Assembly (NCBI GenBank): GCA_038496445.1
Contig: JALMLS010000329.1
Span: forward strand, 62,001 to 126,000
Length of the DNA stretch: 64,000 bases
Direction of reading: 5' to 3'
Source of the DNA: Trichosphaerium sp. ATCC 40318
Taxonomy: Eukaryota > Protista > Tubulinea
Shown piece after piece: positions 41,068 through 56,355 of this stretch. The position numbers and the translations under genes are program-made. The notes under the pieces are model-generated. The model did no database searches and had not been told where the DNA came from. It worked only from the letters and a program-made list of their open reading frames with translations. The first letter of the stretch is position 1; each line of letters starts with the position of its first letter.

Positions 41068-41764
41068 ATGCAAACATGGGTGAACAATACTAGTGAGTCT
41101 AAACAGGATAAGAAGACTACAGGACCATGGAGTGGCCATAAAACAGTAATAACCATTAAAACCACTTTAACCATTGATGGAAGCAAATTTACGCTTGAGC
41201 ATTATTACCGTAACCTGCAGACGGCTTCTAACCGTGGTAGTGATACTATACGCGAATACTCGTATACAGGTACGTTAACCGCGTGTAACAAACTCAACTG
41301 CGTTAAACTAGGGCGATAGAGCAACTTCTTCATTTTTAACACTCTTCCCAGGCAAAGTGGAGCAGCAGGGAGGCGAGACCATGTTTTATGCATTGGATAG
41401 GATAAAACATGTTGAAAAATACCACGAACCAATGGAAGACATGTGGACACCTGCAGTTGACGAAGAGACTAAATTAAAAAATGGTTTGTTTTTTTTTTCT
41501 TTTGTTTTCGTTCGAAAAACTCATAATTCTGCTCTTTTGTTTGACGTTTTTCGATGTTATAGGAAAGATTTCATCTGGTACAGTAATCCTGCGCGCTAGT
41601 AAAAACAGTACGTTACTATTAAGAAGACCACGTGCTTTTAAAAGGGCTTTTTTTTTCAAATTATTAAATTCAACTTAGGTGAAGGCCTTCTTGTGCTGAA
41701 CGCTCGTGAAGATTCCCAAGACTTACTAAAATTGGTTGATATACCATTAACTCTTTCAGAGTAA
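41068..41764 (+). CDS. Hypothetical small beta-rich protein (4 exons, including a 15-nt micro-exon)
   Basis: Exons join in frame over GT-AG introns from MQTWVNN to PLTLSE-TAA. Confidence 0.55.
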
Positions 41765-42090
41765 ACAAAATAACATCTATACTAAGTGCAATTCTCCGGC
41801 AGAGTGTGCCAATAACGAGATTCACAAAAACTCACAAAAATTAGTTGTGCAATAATCAGCCAATAATAAGGTCGTATTGATTATTATAGATAACTGTTTC
41901 TCTGTAACACAATTTCTTGATTTATCTATTGCATTAACAACCAGGCCCAAGGCCATGCGCGGAATGTAGTGTATACACTAGCGCACCTGTACAGATACTA
42001 CAACAAGAGAATCTGTGATACCTTTGAACAAATTAAACAAAAGTCAATTTATTGTGTACAAATTTATATTATACAATGTTGTTTACAGAT

Positions 42091-43616
42091 CTAGGCGTCA
42101 ATAACACTTCTACTGTCTCCTTCTTGGACATCAGGATTATATACATATGGTTTAGATAACCTATAGTGTGTTTCAAAGTATGGGAATGTTGTATCTATCT
42201 TGTAGTAGTCCAACCCTTTACGTGCATAAAATACATTTTCGATTGCCAGCTCGTATACAATATTGGACAATCCACTAACTGGTCCCTTCTCTATTTTGTC
42301 ATGTAATTGCGTAAAGAATTTGTTTACGCGATACATTTCGTTTTTATCAGATTGATCAACCTAGCAACGATAAATGGGGAGAAGCAACCAAAAAAAGAAC
42401 AAGACCAAAAAAAATATCACATTTCTGTTCTATTTTCTTTGCACTTGACGTGTAAGGTCCCTGTAGGCTCTAGTGGATAACACATGGTATTAATGCTTAC
42501 CTTCTTTGGAGGTTCTTTGGAATACAAAGATAGATACGAAGTCTTAAAGTTCTCAGACAACAAAGTTCCTTTTATATCTTTTTTTTGTAAAATAATTAGT
42601 ACACGTGTCATGTGACATTTATACGTTTTTACTTACCTCTAATGTGACCTAAAATATGCATACCAAAAGTGAAACAGTCTTGATTATCAAACAACCTACA
42701 CAAAGACATAAGACGCGAAGAACCAGAAAAAACAAGATTTTTTGTCTCAAAAAAAAAAAAACCAAATATCTCTCATACTTGACACTTTTTCCATCATCGT
42801 TAGGACCCCAAACTTGGAATAATTCATAAAATGGATGAGTAGCATTGTAATCAACCATCCAGTCAAGTAATTGATTAAACTCGTTACCAGTAAGCAAAGC
42901 AGCGAGTTCATTTTGTCCATCCCAAAACGTATAATTTACACCTTGGTAAATCATTACACCAGCTAAACATAAACAGTCAGAACAACAGCACAAACAACAC
43001 TACATCTAGATGACGTTGGCAGAAGAGCCAAGGACAATCTTCCAAATCAAACCATTTTCATTCCAGACTAAAATGGGCGTATTTGTTCTTACCTTTATTG
43101 CTCCACTGTAGTGTTCCGTTTCGAAGTATGTTTGGATACAGGGCCCCAGTGAATGTCGGGTAAGCATCATAATTTATAGTATAGCTCTCTAGAGTGCGTC
43201 TAGGTATTTTTGTGAGTTGTTTTTACGAACGATTCACATACGTGTTCGTCAAGCCTATACCTGCGTGGTAGCCGTTCAATAGAGACAATCTAGAGCGTGT
43301 TAGAGAAACTAAGGTTTAACCGACGTTAAAAAAGCGTACTCGTGCCCAAACGCGCACTGCAGTAACGGTACTGTTAAGTACATTACTTCTATAGTATCCC
43401 CTTTGTAAAATATGAGCGCAATGTGTAAAAAAGAGAATTCTGCATACCTGGTAAAGCCCGAGGTATTGTATCTATATCCATCGGTATCCAAGGGCCGCAA
43501 CCATAAGGTCCGACAAAATAAGATTTAACATACAACGATGCAGCCAAAAAGAACAGAAACACGCTGATAGCGCAACATATACTCGCCCAGGAGCACTTAC
43601 ACTCACTGCGTGCCAT
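42091..43616 (-). CDS. CLN5: CLN5-like lysosomal protein
   Basis: N-terminal TM; YHAGIG, TGNEFNQLLDWMVDYN...YELFQVW, FDNQDCFTF (putative catalytic Cys) and LSLYSKEP match CLN5 motifs. Confidence 0.75.
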
Positions 43617-43675
43617 TTTGATTAGTTTGTTTTTTTTTGATTTTACGAGACCACATTATTTCACTGTTTTGAACT

Positions 43676-45562
43676 ATGGAACGGTTAGCATTAGCTTTAG
43701 GATTACTAGTTTTCGCATTAGCCGTTGCTAACGCTCAAGACTTAACGATTTTCGCTCATTGCGAGCAAATTCCGTTTGGAACACTCTGTATTAATGCCAC
43801 ACGCCATGGTTGTAGCACAGCCGTACGTTTAGGGCCTTTTTGTTATTATGTCATTTTAGACATTTAACTAACCTATAAAAAAAGGACGTACGGCTATTCT
43901 ACAATAACAAACAGCTTTCATTCCAAAAGAGCGATGTGAAGCCTCTTTTAGAAGCTATCGCTTTAAACAGAGACCCAAAACAGCCGCTAAAATCAAATGG
44001 GTGCTTCAAAATGTCCTTCGGCGAGTTTGTAATCCCTGGGGTTGGGTACGTACTTTTTTTATTATTTGGTTTTCAAAGTAATGTCATTTTGTACTAATCG
44101 TGCGTTTATTCACTTTGCTCTAGTTCTGAAATAAATATATGTATGACATTATCTAAATTCAAAGTAACATCAACAATGACATCTGGATGCCTAATGCTTT
44201 CACTTGGAAGCATCACACAACGGGTATGAAATATCACGTGAATTACCAAAAATACGCGAGTCCAAAAAAAAAAGGTTTTATGCTTACTTTACGACACGTA
44301 GGACATTGATCTTGGTTGCTTCTCTTTACCAAACTGTCCTGTCGGTGGTACGTCTTAGAATCAAGGAGTGATCACATGCATAACCCAAGAGCAGTGGGAA
44401 AACACAAATTCAATTTTTTCTTTTTTTTTTTGTTCTAAATCAGGAACACGTGCTTTTAAAACGCAACAATACTTTTTCAAAACAATGTTGCAGTCTATTG
44501 CAAGTAACTCTCGTGTCGCTTTGCAGTTTTATCATGATAAAAATAAGCTTTTCTTTACAAGTGGTTTTGGACTACTTATATTGATTGTTTTATGCCTTAG
44601 ATTGTACAACAGATACAGACTGTAATAACGCGGGTACTTGTAACGAAATTGGCATGTGCCTGTGCAATATTGGCGCATACGGATTGAATTGTGGTATATC
44701 ACAAAAGGGATCATGCATTACAGCTCCTTCCTTTGATAGTGCCTCAAAACTTTGTTACAAGGGATGCGCATCCGATTCAAAGGTACCCTAAAATTTCTAA
44801 TCCGTTATTGGTTGTGCACGTGCGAACAGTGTTAGGTTGAAGTCACAGCAAAACTTGGAGATTCAACTGTTGCCACCAAAGAATACGCTATAGCTGCACT
44901 AGAGGATACTAAAATGGAGTTATATTGCTCTAGCAATGCTTGGCAAAGTTGTGATTACTGTTATGCATACAGTAACTTTGCTGTTACAGATGACAAGGTT
45001 TTTCTTTTAGTTGTCAAGCAATTTTTGTTGATATCTTATTTTTTTAAGATCGAAGGGTGTTCGTTGTTCCAAGTGCGATGTAATAAAGCTATAATCGCTT
45101 CACATGAGATGACATGTAGTACTCTACTTTTACGTGATGATGATCATCTGTGTCCTAAAGTAGATGAACCTGTACGTCACGTTGTGTTTATTGGTTATAA
45201 ACAAGAAGAAACCGAGTTGTATTTTCGAACTAACACGTTTTTCTTTATAGAGCACAAAAGAGCACAGCACATCGCTTATAAGTCAAGATATTGTAATGAT
45301 AATTATAGCTATTGTGGTTGTACGTTTTTTCAAAATTTAACAGAAAACCACATTGCACGTGGCTTTGAAAACGTGGTTGATAGTATTGTTAATTTTCTTT
45401 TTTTTTTTTCAGATGCTTGTTCTTGCCGGAGCTGCTGGTGGTTACTTTATCTACAAACATCACTCGAATAAAAAACAAGAGCTTAATTTCGAGCCTCTTT
45501 CTTTGGGCGGTGTAGATGACGATGATAACGTTGCTCTGGACGACGACGATAGCGGTTTATAG
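43676..45562 (+). CDS. Cys-rich type I membrane protein (DUF4773-like + EGF-like), acidic tail
   Basis: Signal peptide MERLALALGLLVFALAVANA; IDLGCF; EGF-like CNNAGTCNEIGMCLCNIGAYGLNC; TM followed by FEPLSLGGVDDDD. Confidence 0.6.
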
Positions 45563-46241
45563 AAAACCAAAAAAAAAACCTCAAAAAAATTATTGTAAAC
45601 AAAAATACAACACAACTGAATTATTAACAGTGTCTTTTTTTGTTGTTTATCACTGTAAGGATTCTTACCAAGCTATTGGAGGAGACAAAGCTATTTTTAG
45701 ATAGTTTGTTATGTAGTGTTATGGTCCGCAATTTTTTCACTAAAACATTTGCCTAAAAAAACAAATGTCACAATACGCTATCACATAACACCAAAGAGTG
45801 AGCTAAACACGTGATTGAAAATGCCGGAGATGGCCGATTTTTGAAAGTGAAAAGTGCACTTGTGTAGTAAAAGTCAACACTTTACGCAAAAAACCTCGTA
45901 AGATCTCGTAATTGAGCCCCATTACATTCTAAATACGATCTTACGCGAAAACAGCACTATTTATGGTACTTTCGCCTGAATAGCGTTAGGTTTAGCGCGA
46001 ATAAGCGAATACAACACTTTGTTTTCTGAGTCGTGCGCTGTACAATACTTTAGCGTGTTAAAGGCGTTCAGCATTATCCAAACTTGGTAATAAAAAATAT
46101 GAGCTTGAGCAACCACTAGTTTGTTAGTTTTTCTCTAAAGAGTCCCTTTTCGATCAATATGATCAACAATGAACCACGTTGACTCTCTAAAAACTTCTTT
46201 TTTGATAGAAGTCTAAGAATTAGTTTCTCACCGAGTGTGAC

Positions 46242-48096
46242 ATGTTATCTCGATTTACGCTTTTACTCTCACTTATTGCTATCGCATACGGGAATATATT
46301 GGTTCTAAATGAAACGTATGGAGAATTCAATCGTATTAACTCGACGCCCTTAATTTTTGGTGGCAACTCTTTGGACTTCCCACCTATCAATAACTCATCA
46401 GTGTCATTGATTGATTCGCCAATAAAAGGTATTTTCTCTCGAACAAAAAATACGCCATACGAAGTATTCGAACAACAAGTAATCACGTGTTCTAGGGTCT
46501 GTCGTGTATCTGCCTCTAGAAGATGTATCTACTGAAAATGTACTTCGCGCTGTGGACGCAGGCGCAATTGCTATAATATGGTCAAGGTCGCCCTTTTTTA
46601 ATAATGTTGGATGCGGAATGTATTTTCAGTATGGTACGATTTTAGTGTTTGTGTGATAGACCTTCGGACTTTTTGACGTGTCATCACGAGCGAACCAATT
46701 TTTCTCAAGTATACAATAGCAAGAAGCCTGCATAGGGTTACTATACCAATTGTAGAGGTGGCAGAAGCCGACGGAAAGGCCGTTCTAGACTCCACAGTGA
46801 AAGTCTCAATAACATCAAGTACGAGAGGCTAATAATGATGTTATCTTACAAGTCAAAGCGCACAATGAATGCCACGCACTTTTTACGAGTTTTGGATTTA
46901 TTTTTGTCCAATGTATTGTATCGATACTTTGTATTGTGGTACTATGTTTGTGCTTCTTTAGGTACGCTTGTAACATCAATTCGAGGTTAATAGATTTGTC
47001 TGTAGGTTGTACCAGTTCTACAAGTTGGATCAATTGTTCACATTGTCATTAGCCGTTGTCGCTATATTTATAGAAATAGTATCAAACACACGTGCGTGTC
47101 TCATACAAGTTTATGAAATTTAATCAGTGTATCAGTGAAGTTTATTTACATCATCAATTTCTTGGGTGTGAACTTGCTCTACAGTCCAGACTTCGATGAC
47201 TACATGTACTACTTATCGTTCCCTTTTTCCACAGTTACCAATATCATGATAACAATGTATTGGTAAGACCTACTTTCTAGAAATATTCCGATAATAACGT
47301 ATTAACCTCTAGGCATGAAGCTCTTATTTCGAAAGGACTTCAAATACATGCTTTTCTAAAATCAAAAAAGTTCCTCATTACCTTTATTGTACTGAGCGTT
47401 TTTCTTATTGGATTGGAACTTTTGGTTGCCACCCTTCGCTTGACGATTGAGTCACCAGCAAGGGTTATAGAACTAATGCCTCAAGTACTTGGTATTGTAG
47501 TTAACTTTGCTACATTGGTGTACGGAATAATCATTCTAGTAAAAGTACGTAATAACAAACGTGGAAATCTCAAGCTTTTCTCATCTATTTATAGATTCTC
47601 CAACGTGCAGGAGGGTTTACAAATACAACAGGAAACAGTCTTTTGAGAAAGGTAAGCTCAAAAACGGTGCTAAAATGAACACGTGCTCTAAACGATTTAG
47701 TAACTTATTTTTAGATCATTTGGAGAATGTTGACGAACTCAATTCTTCTTGCTGTTTTTATCATCAGCCTCATTGTTCTTGTTTCGCCTCCTTCGTTTAA
47801 TTTGGTCAAAGGAATCTATGCTTTTGGCGCAAGTTACTCAGCTCAAAGTCTGTTGTCAATTCTACAGGCAAGATGAAAGAAATAGCTTTCAACTTGAGTT
47901 TTTTTGTTTCAAAAAATGTTGTGTTTTATGAACGTAGCTTGCTTAAGTTATTATTTAGGTGTACTCTTTCCAACCCAGGACAGTGAAAAAACCGAATATA
48001 AAATCTACCAGCTCTGGTAGCAAAATAAAAAAGAAGCCCAACACAATTAAAATGCAATTTGAAGATGAAGGAGAAGAAGAAATTGAAACTGTTTAA
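46242..48096 (+). CDS. PA-domain 7TM receptor-like protein, copy 4 (more diverged)
   Basis: Same exon layout; the last intron uses a GC donor at 47868; ends EIETV-TAA. Confidence 0.8.
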
Positions 48097-48604
48097 CTCG
48101 CAAAATGACACTGTACAATTAAACGCCACAATATATTCTAAGAAATTATGAAGCTTCTGTATGAAAATCGAATATCTTCTGAGAGCACTGCCTGTAAAAG
48201 GTAGAAACTTTTGAGAATACTATTCTCGAAAAACACTCTCACGGTCATGTGTATTATTGAGAGAACCTAGTGATAGAATCTCAGTACTATGTTGTATTGA
48301 CGCTTCGAATTGGGATAAGTAATGTGTTGTTAACAACTTTAAGTGAATGAGATTAGGACCTACCCGCAGTTTGTTGTTTTTGCTATAAGTTTCATGTTAT
48401 TGAATCTGATGTGACTTGTCGACTCATTTGAGTGACTGAGTATGTAGTCAACAATATCTATTAAAGTGGTTTCTCCAGCTAGTTTGAAAAAACAAACGTG
48501 CAGCGGAAAAAACAAGAGCGAACTTGAAAGATGATCTGTTTGCTGTAAGACAACAAATTTTACAATTTAGATGGATTTTGGTTCATTGTTTGATCAGTGG
48601 TTCT

Positions 48605-51535
48605 TTAGGTTCTCGTAAAGGTAGGTTTAAAAGTTAATGGCTTCATAGTCATTTTATCCACATTATTCATACATTTACCAAGTACACTTTTGATTGCAGG
48701 ACCTTCAACATCAAAAGGTAACAATGGACTGACACCTAAAGGTGCCTCAAGTCCAATATCAGGACAATAATATAAGATTGTAGCTACAATACTTGGTGTA
48801 TCACCATTCCAAGTGTATGGAATAGGTACTAACTGTATACCTAGAGATTATATAAGGTATCAACATACTCGTGAACCAATACAATTTTCAGTTTTCTTCT
48901 TCGAAAGCAAAAAAAAAAAAAAAGAAAAAGGGTACCTGCTGCTTCGCATTGACTTGCTTTTTCGTAATCTCTTCTTTTTTGGATTGAAGCATAATGCCCT
49001 TGAAACATCCAATCGCCATAATGTTGTTCACCTGATCTCGTTAGAGTGTTTATTGAAAAACTTTAAAAAAAATTGATGTGCTGGATTCAGTCAATTCTTC
49101 ATGAGTATGTTGCCGCCCGACAAACGAACACATGTGTCCGAAAAGTGATAATTTATGCAATAGGACTCATGCTAACATTTAACAATCCTAATTGACAAAC
49201 AAAACAGCGGTGGCTTTCATATACAACATGAAAAAATGACTGCCAAAATATTTTACAATCATTTTCACTAATTCACTCGCAACAAAATAAAATGTCACTA
49301 ATACTATAATATTACCTTGATACTCAATACCGAGATTATACTCTGAAACGTATATATCAACACTCATAAATTGCTCTTTGTTACTACCAACTAAACCAAT
49401 GTGATGCTCCTCAAGAACAGTGCTATTCGGGAATATAGACTGAACAATCTTAACCAGTTCCCTGAACAAATAACAACTTTAGAACACTCAAAAGTTGATG
49501 AAGGGGGCTTGACGAGAGCCACACTTACCGTTGATTTGATGCTTTTCTTACATGAGAAAACCTCGACCAATCCCATTTGAAATTAGGTTCAGCAATTGCT
49601 AAAATATGAGGCCAATATCGTTCGATTCCACCACCACCTAGTCTTCTCACTTGCTTGGTGGATATCCTGTACCTGAATGAAAAAGAAGTGTTAGGTATTG
49701 ACACAACAAAAAATAACCAAATGAGGTATAAGGGAAGAAGGGAGGTACCATAATTCGGGTCTAGTTATATCAAACTTTTTTTTTACACGAGCCAAAAAAG
49801 TTTCTTGATTTCTTCTAGTTTGCCAAAATCTTGCTGATCTGCATACAAAGAGTCTTGTTTCCCATTTATATTTGGGATATATATCTCTTAAAATTTTCGA
49901 AATTGATCCACTTGAACAAAAGTTAATTGCGGAACAACATCGCTGAATAAAAAGATAAAAAATTATGAGCCAAAAAAAAGAATCAACTCGAGTCTCAACT
50001 TTAGTTAATTTTAGATCTTCTACTCGTCATCATGCGTACAATTCTGAGGCTCTACGATCTACGTCTGTTATTTGAAACTTTTTGATAGCATACCAGTCAT
50101 CTAAAGTCTTTAATCCGAAATGTTTTTCTAATTTCTGAAACTCTTTTTTCCTATCTTCATCTTCGTTCCAGTAATTCCTGTAATCACAAAAGTAAATAAC
50201 CCACAGTTAAATAAAATAGAAATGTGCTATACACACAAATATACCAATCGCTCAAGCTAATAAGCTGGCGCTTCGAGAGCAACAAGAAATTCGGAAATTC
50301 TGAAAATGCAAGATGGACGATAAATTGTTAACGTACTTGAAATGCCAAGGGTACCAAGAGAAATTTGGATATACAACTTCTAGAAGATCCCAAAGTGCAG
50401 TAGCTTCCTTACTAATCTTTGACTTAGTATATGTATAAGGGTCTTGATGACACACCTTACTAACCCAGCACCGCCATTTTCGATTACATCCTTACTGGAT
50501 ACTTTGTGCCACTGAGACAAGTCTTTGATGCCTAATCGTTGACCAACTTTACCAAGAGCAGTAGAAGGTGATTGATCGCTTTGCCACTTTTCCATAGGAA
50601 CATCTCTTAAAAAGAACAATTAGGGTACGTAATTCAAAAACTGCTAAACAAATGTCCACAAAAGAACATACCGAAGGCGATGTGTTATTGTTTCAAACTC
50701 CCAAGGATTCCAACTGAATTCAGGGTATACTCTAGATAGACAAGCCAACAGAGAGACTCCATGAGTAACCCTTGACAACAACAAGTTAGCAGTGAATACC
50801 ACCAGAAAAACAGAAGATGAAGTGCTCACATTACAGTAGTTCCACCAGCAAGAATAAAATCATTTGTTGTAACTTTAGGCCACTCTCCTAAGGACTTGAC
50901 ATCCATAATCTCTGCAATTTCATTTATTTTAACCTTTTGGTTTTCGCGGTCCCACCAATAGAAAGAAGGAGCACGCCTTGAGTTATCAAGTCAGTAAGAA
51001 AAGAAAAACTTCAAAATTAGAAAAAAATTGCAATGTCTGTCATTCAAACACGTGTATCGTACTTGAACTTTCCTGGCATCCAGTTGTGACTTGGGTATAA
51101 CGTCTGTAGGCACAGAAAGAGCGATCCATTAAAGTAATGTCTACATAGGAGCACGTATAAGCGTACATCATTAACGGGGTTTTTTTGAAACTCAGGTCGA
51201 AGTAAACAACGTCCACGTACGATATTGCGCCACCACAATGGGTTGACGCTTGGCTTGTATTGATGTGATACCAATCATCCAATTCTTTTACGTTAAAGTG
51301 TTCTGCTATACCATTGAATGTACTTTTAAGCCTATCTATAGTATATTGCGACGCTGCACGCGCTTTAGGTGCCTCCCATTTTTCTAACGTTCGCTGTGGC
51401 TGCAAAGATGCTGCACGCGTACTGGTAACCGCTTCTAATCATTATTAATGATCAGTTAGCTCTCGAGGCCTTATTTTGATTCGTAAACGGCCAGTTACAA
51501 TACCAACACGCACTCCACAACGATGCAGCAGCCAT
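48605..51535 (-). CDS. Trp-rich helical-repeat protein with C-terminal PD-(D/E)XK (RAP-like) nuclease domain, probably organelle-targeted
   Basis: N-terminus MAAASLWKAVTSTRAASLQPQR; about five repeats of the form F..IAEHFNVKELDDWY...GG...GSL..CL..YP...W.PW.F; C-terminal SVDIYVSEYNLGIEYQGEQHY...GIQLVPIPYTW. Confidence 0.7.
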
Positions 51536-51943
51536 ACTCGAAGATCATTGTTTTGGTATACGCTTGGTACCAGCAAGAGTGCGCTGTTATCTAGGAGCGC
51601 ACACGCACGTCAACTTGTCACTACAACAAGTGTCAGAACAAGTCACGCATAATGTTTTGACATGTGACACCCAAAAAGACTCTAAGTTCTACGCTAACTT
51701 GAGGCCTTACAACGCATAGAGCCCTACAACAATCATGCAACTTTTTTACCGAAGCATGTTTTCAAAGGAAAGAAAGACTTTGTAGTCCACATAGCGCTGT
51801 CGATTACATTATCAGTCTCAGAGGGGCTGTGGGGTTAAAGTAAAAGAAAAGTCAACGCAGAGAAAAAGTTTATGAAATCGAGTGCTAAAATTCCACCGAA
51901 ATCTTCACAGAGCAAACCATTACGCTTGTGTATGTAATATAGC

Positions 51944-53391
51944 ATGTGGAAAAATACAACAACACTACTCTTGGTTCTTTTAGCCGCTTTGGTGGCGTCA
52001 CAACAGTTTGATGTTCCAGTTCTCGTCTGGAGCGGACAACAGTACGAATTAGTTCGTGTAACAAACACCCACGCTAACTATCAAAAGATACTCGCCTTTT
52101 AACCACGACAAAGCGCCAGTCTCACAAGCAACCTACACTAATTACTTTGATAATTTATTGGAGGTATTTAGTCACGCCCAGACCGCCAAATAGACTAATT
52201 TTGTTATTAGACATCGCGTCTTACTACCTTGGCCTCTAAATCCGCTTCGGCGCCTGAAGTTATTGTCATTTACATGCATGAAGAGGTACAATAGTATTTT
52301 CACTTGTCGTTGGCATTTTCTCATCTAGACCAGCTTCGTACCGATCAAGTGACAAACTACTTCGCAAATGGTGTATACTCTAACTTACAGGTACATTTTC
52401 ATCCAATTAATCAAAAGACGCCTCAGCACGAACCTCTACGGCTTATAAACTCCTCTCTAGACAGCCATTAAGAACGGTGCTTCATCTACCAGCGCGTCAG
52501 GACCTTCTGGCCCTTCCCTACTTCGTCTCATCCCTAAAATTGATGGCACAATCATTTACGCCGGACGAGGTACTTTCAAACCCCAAAAATGTTGAAGCAT
52601 TTTGTTGATTGCTTGAAATGGTTTTTTTCGCTTATACGACGCTCAGGTGATCCTTTTGGTGCTGCTGTAGAAACTTCAATTACTATTGATGAGCTAGAGG
52701 TAAGTAACCGTATATTTATTGTACCGACAAGCCGTTATTAACGTTATACAAGGCCCATCTCATTGACAACTCTGGCATCTTTGCGGACGGTAGTACTGAT
52801 TTGATCATTATCAGGTTTAAAACCAAATACGATCAACTAAGTTCGGGTATGTACAAGCACATGAGCTGTAAAGTAGAAAAACCCTTTTGAATACTTTGTA
52901 TTGGTCACTAAATCAATCGTTAGATGAGATCGTTGGTAAAGTCAACACCTTGATCAGCAAGGAAACGAGCCAATATGTATCTGTTTTTACTGCTGAACTT
53001 GCTACTGCACCTGATTGCCTATTCGTGCGTTACTTTTCTTAATTTGTCCTTGTTATTAATAGCATTCTCGCAGACTGTTCCAGGTCAATCCAAGCGCTCT
53101 ATTGAACAAAACCCAACCGGCCCTACTGGCCCAACAGTCGCTCCAACTGAAGCACCATCAAGTAACACAACAGAGCAGAACTGGTTCGAAAAATACTTCC
53201 CTGGATGGTTCTGGACTTCATTCCTCGTTAACTTTTTTATTGTACGTCGACTATTTTTTGACACCGTTGCTCTTCTTGTGTTGACTGGATTGTAGTTTAT
53301 TGTTTTAATGATTGGTCTATGCGCTTTAGCTGATATTCAAGTGCACGATAAGTTTGAGACACCAAAAGTAAGGAGAGGTGGTGAAGAATAA
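51944..53391 (+). CDS. ATP6AP1: V-ATPase accessory subunit S1 (Ac45/Voa1-like)
   Basis: Signal peptide then VPVLVWS; C-terminal YFPGWFW...TM...GLCALADIQVHDKFE resembles the Ac45 TM domain. Confidence 0.7.
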
Positions 53392-53650
53392 GGATGCACT
53401 ATAGTTCTTTAGTGCACTCTTTTTTTCAAAATTTCAAAAAAAAAAAAGAACAAACCTTTTTAGTTCATTGTAACAATGCTCTGATGATTAACAGAGCTTG
53501 CGAGATAATGTAAAATTCTACCTGTTTGATCGCCATTTGGTTGTTTTTGTTCGTCCAAAACGAGTTGGGAAGATTAGTGCTGACTTTTTTTTCTTGTTCA
53601 CTTAAGTGTAGACTTTTTAAGTCAAACCAATTTAACACACAACCAGCACA

Positions 53651-55340
<1,690 letters not shown>

Positions 55341-55831
55341 AAATCTTGGTGTGGGTATAAATTATTATAAAAACCCACTGCCCCTTTCAATTCTATGTAC
55401 TGTTTTTGTTTTAAAGTAATTTTTTTGTGTTGATGTTGCTGTGAGAGACCTTTTTGTGAAAAATGAAAAAAAAAAAAAGGATCTTCTCTCACGAACTTCA
55501 ATGCAAAAGTTATTTTAGACTTAACTGTTCAAGAGTTGTTTTAAAAAAACTGTAAACAGGCCAAGGTCGTTTGTATCTTATAAATATTCTAAGGATATTG
55601 TTTGAACGTCGTTTTTGTTCTTTTTTGGTATTTTTTTGTCATTTTTTTACCAATTTCGGAAGTGAAAGTGTTGGTTTACTCAAGACAACTTTGAAGAGTT
55701 TATTCACCGCACTCATTGGAATCCGCGCCAAGCTAGTTAAGATCTACTGCTTCAGGTAAATTGACAGAACCGACAATCTTGAAAAATAAAGTATAAGTTC
55801 TTTATCATTTTGTAAACACATTGTCCAACAC

Positions 55832-56355
55832 ATGACACAACATTACTTACTAACGACTGGTTTTTGGTTTTATACCTCGTTGTGCTACACATTGCGCAAC
55901 AGACAGGAGTACGGTATTACTCTACATAAACATTAAGGGCACTTAGCGTTCTTTGTAGAGTTGCAGATGCGATTGTAAAAATGATGTGACGTTCATCAAG
56001 TGTACGCTTTGATCAAGTATAGCTGTTGTCCAGCAGGACAGCATTCTTTTTTGGTGTCTGTTTGTACCTTTTTGCTGAACATGTTACAATATAGGTACAG
56101 CGCCAAAGGAGTGTACAATAGAAAACTGCGAGCGTTTTAACGACTGTGATTGCAATGGTTTTTGGTGCTTGTATATCGGATGATATCCAGGTGCTTGCCG
56201 GAGAACCGTCCGGAGGAAAAGGAGGAAAGGGAAGTAGCACGGCGGCTATAGTTGGCGGGTACATAGATGGACTTATCGTTTTTGGGAGCTATTATTGCGG
56301 GAGTTGTGATTATAGTGTTTACATGAGAAAGAAACACAGCTACAGTGAAATATAA
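55832..56355 (+). pseudogene. Possible disrupted small Cys-rich type I membrane protein gene
   Basis: Fragments CRCDCKND, ECTIENCERFNDC, SSTAAIVGG, GAIIAGVVII and RKKHSYSEI lie in different frames. Confidence 0.35.

Noticed and set aside
45895-45947. Short imperfect inverted repeat (CGTAAGATC/GATCTTACG); also the 8-bp hairpin near 63813
   Set aside because: Too short, no TSD and no second copy.
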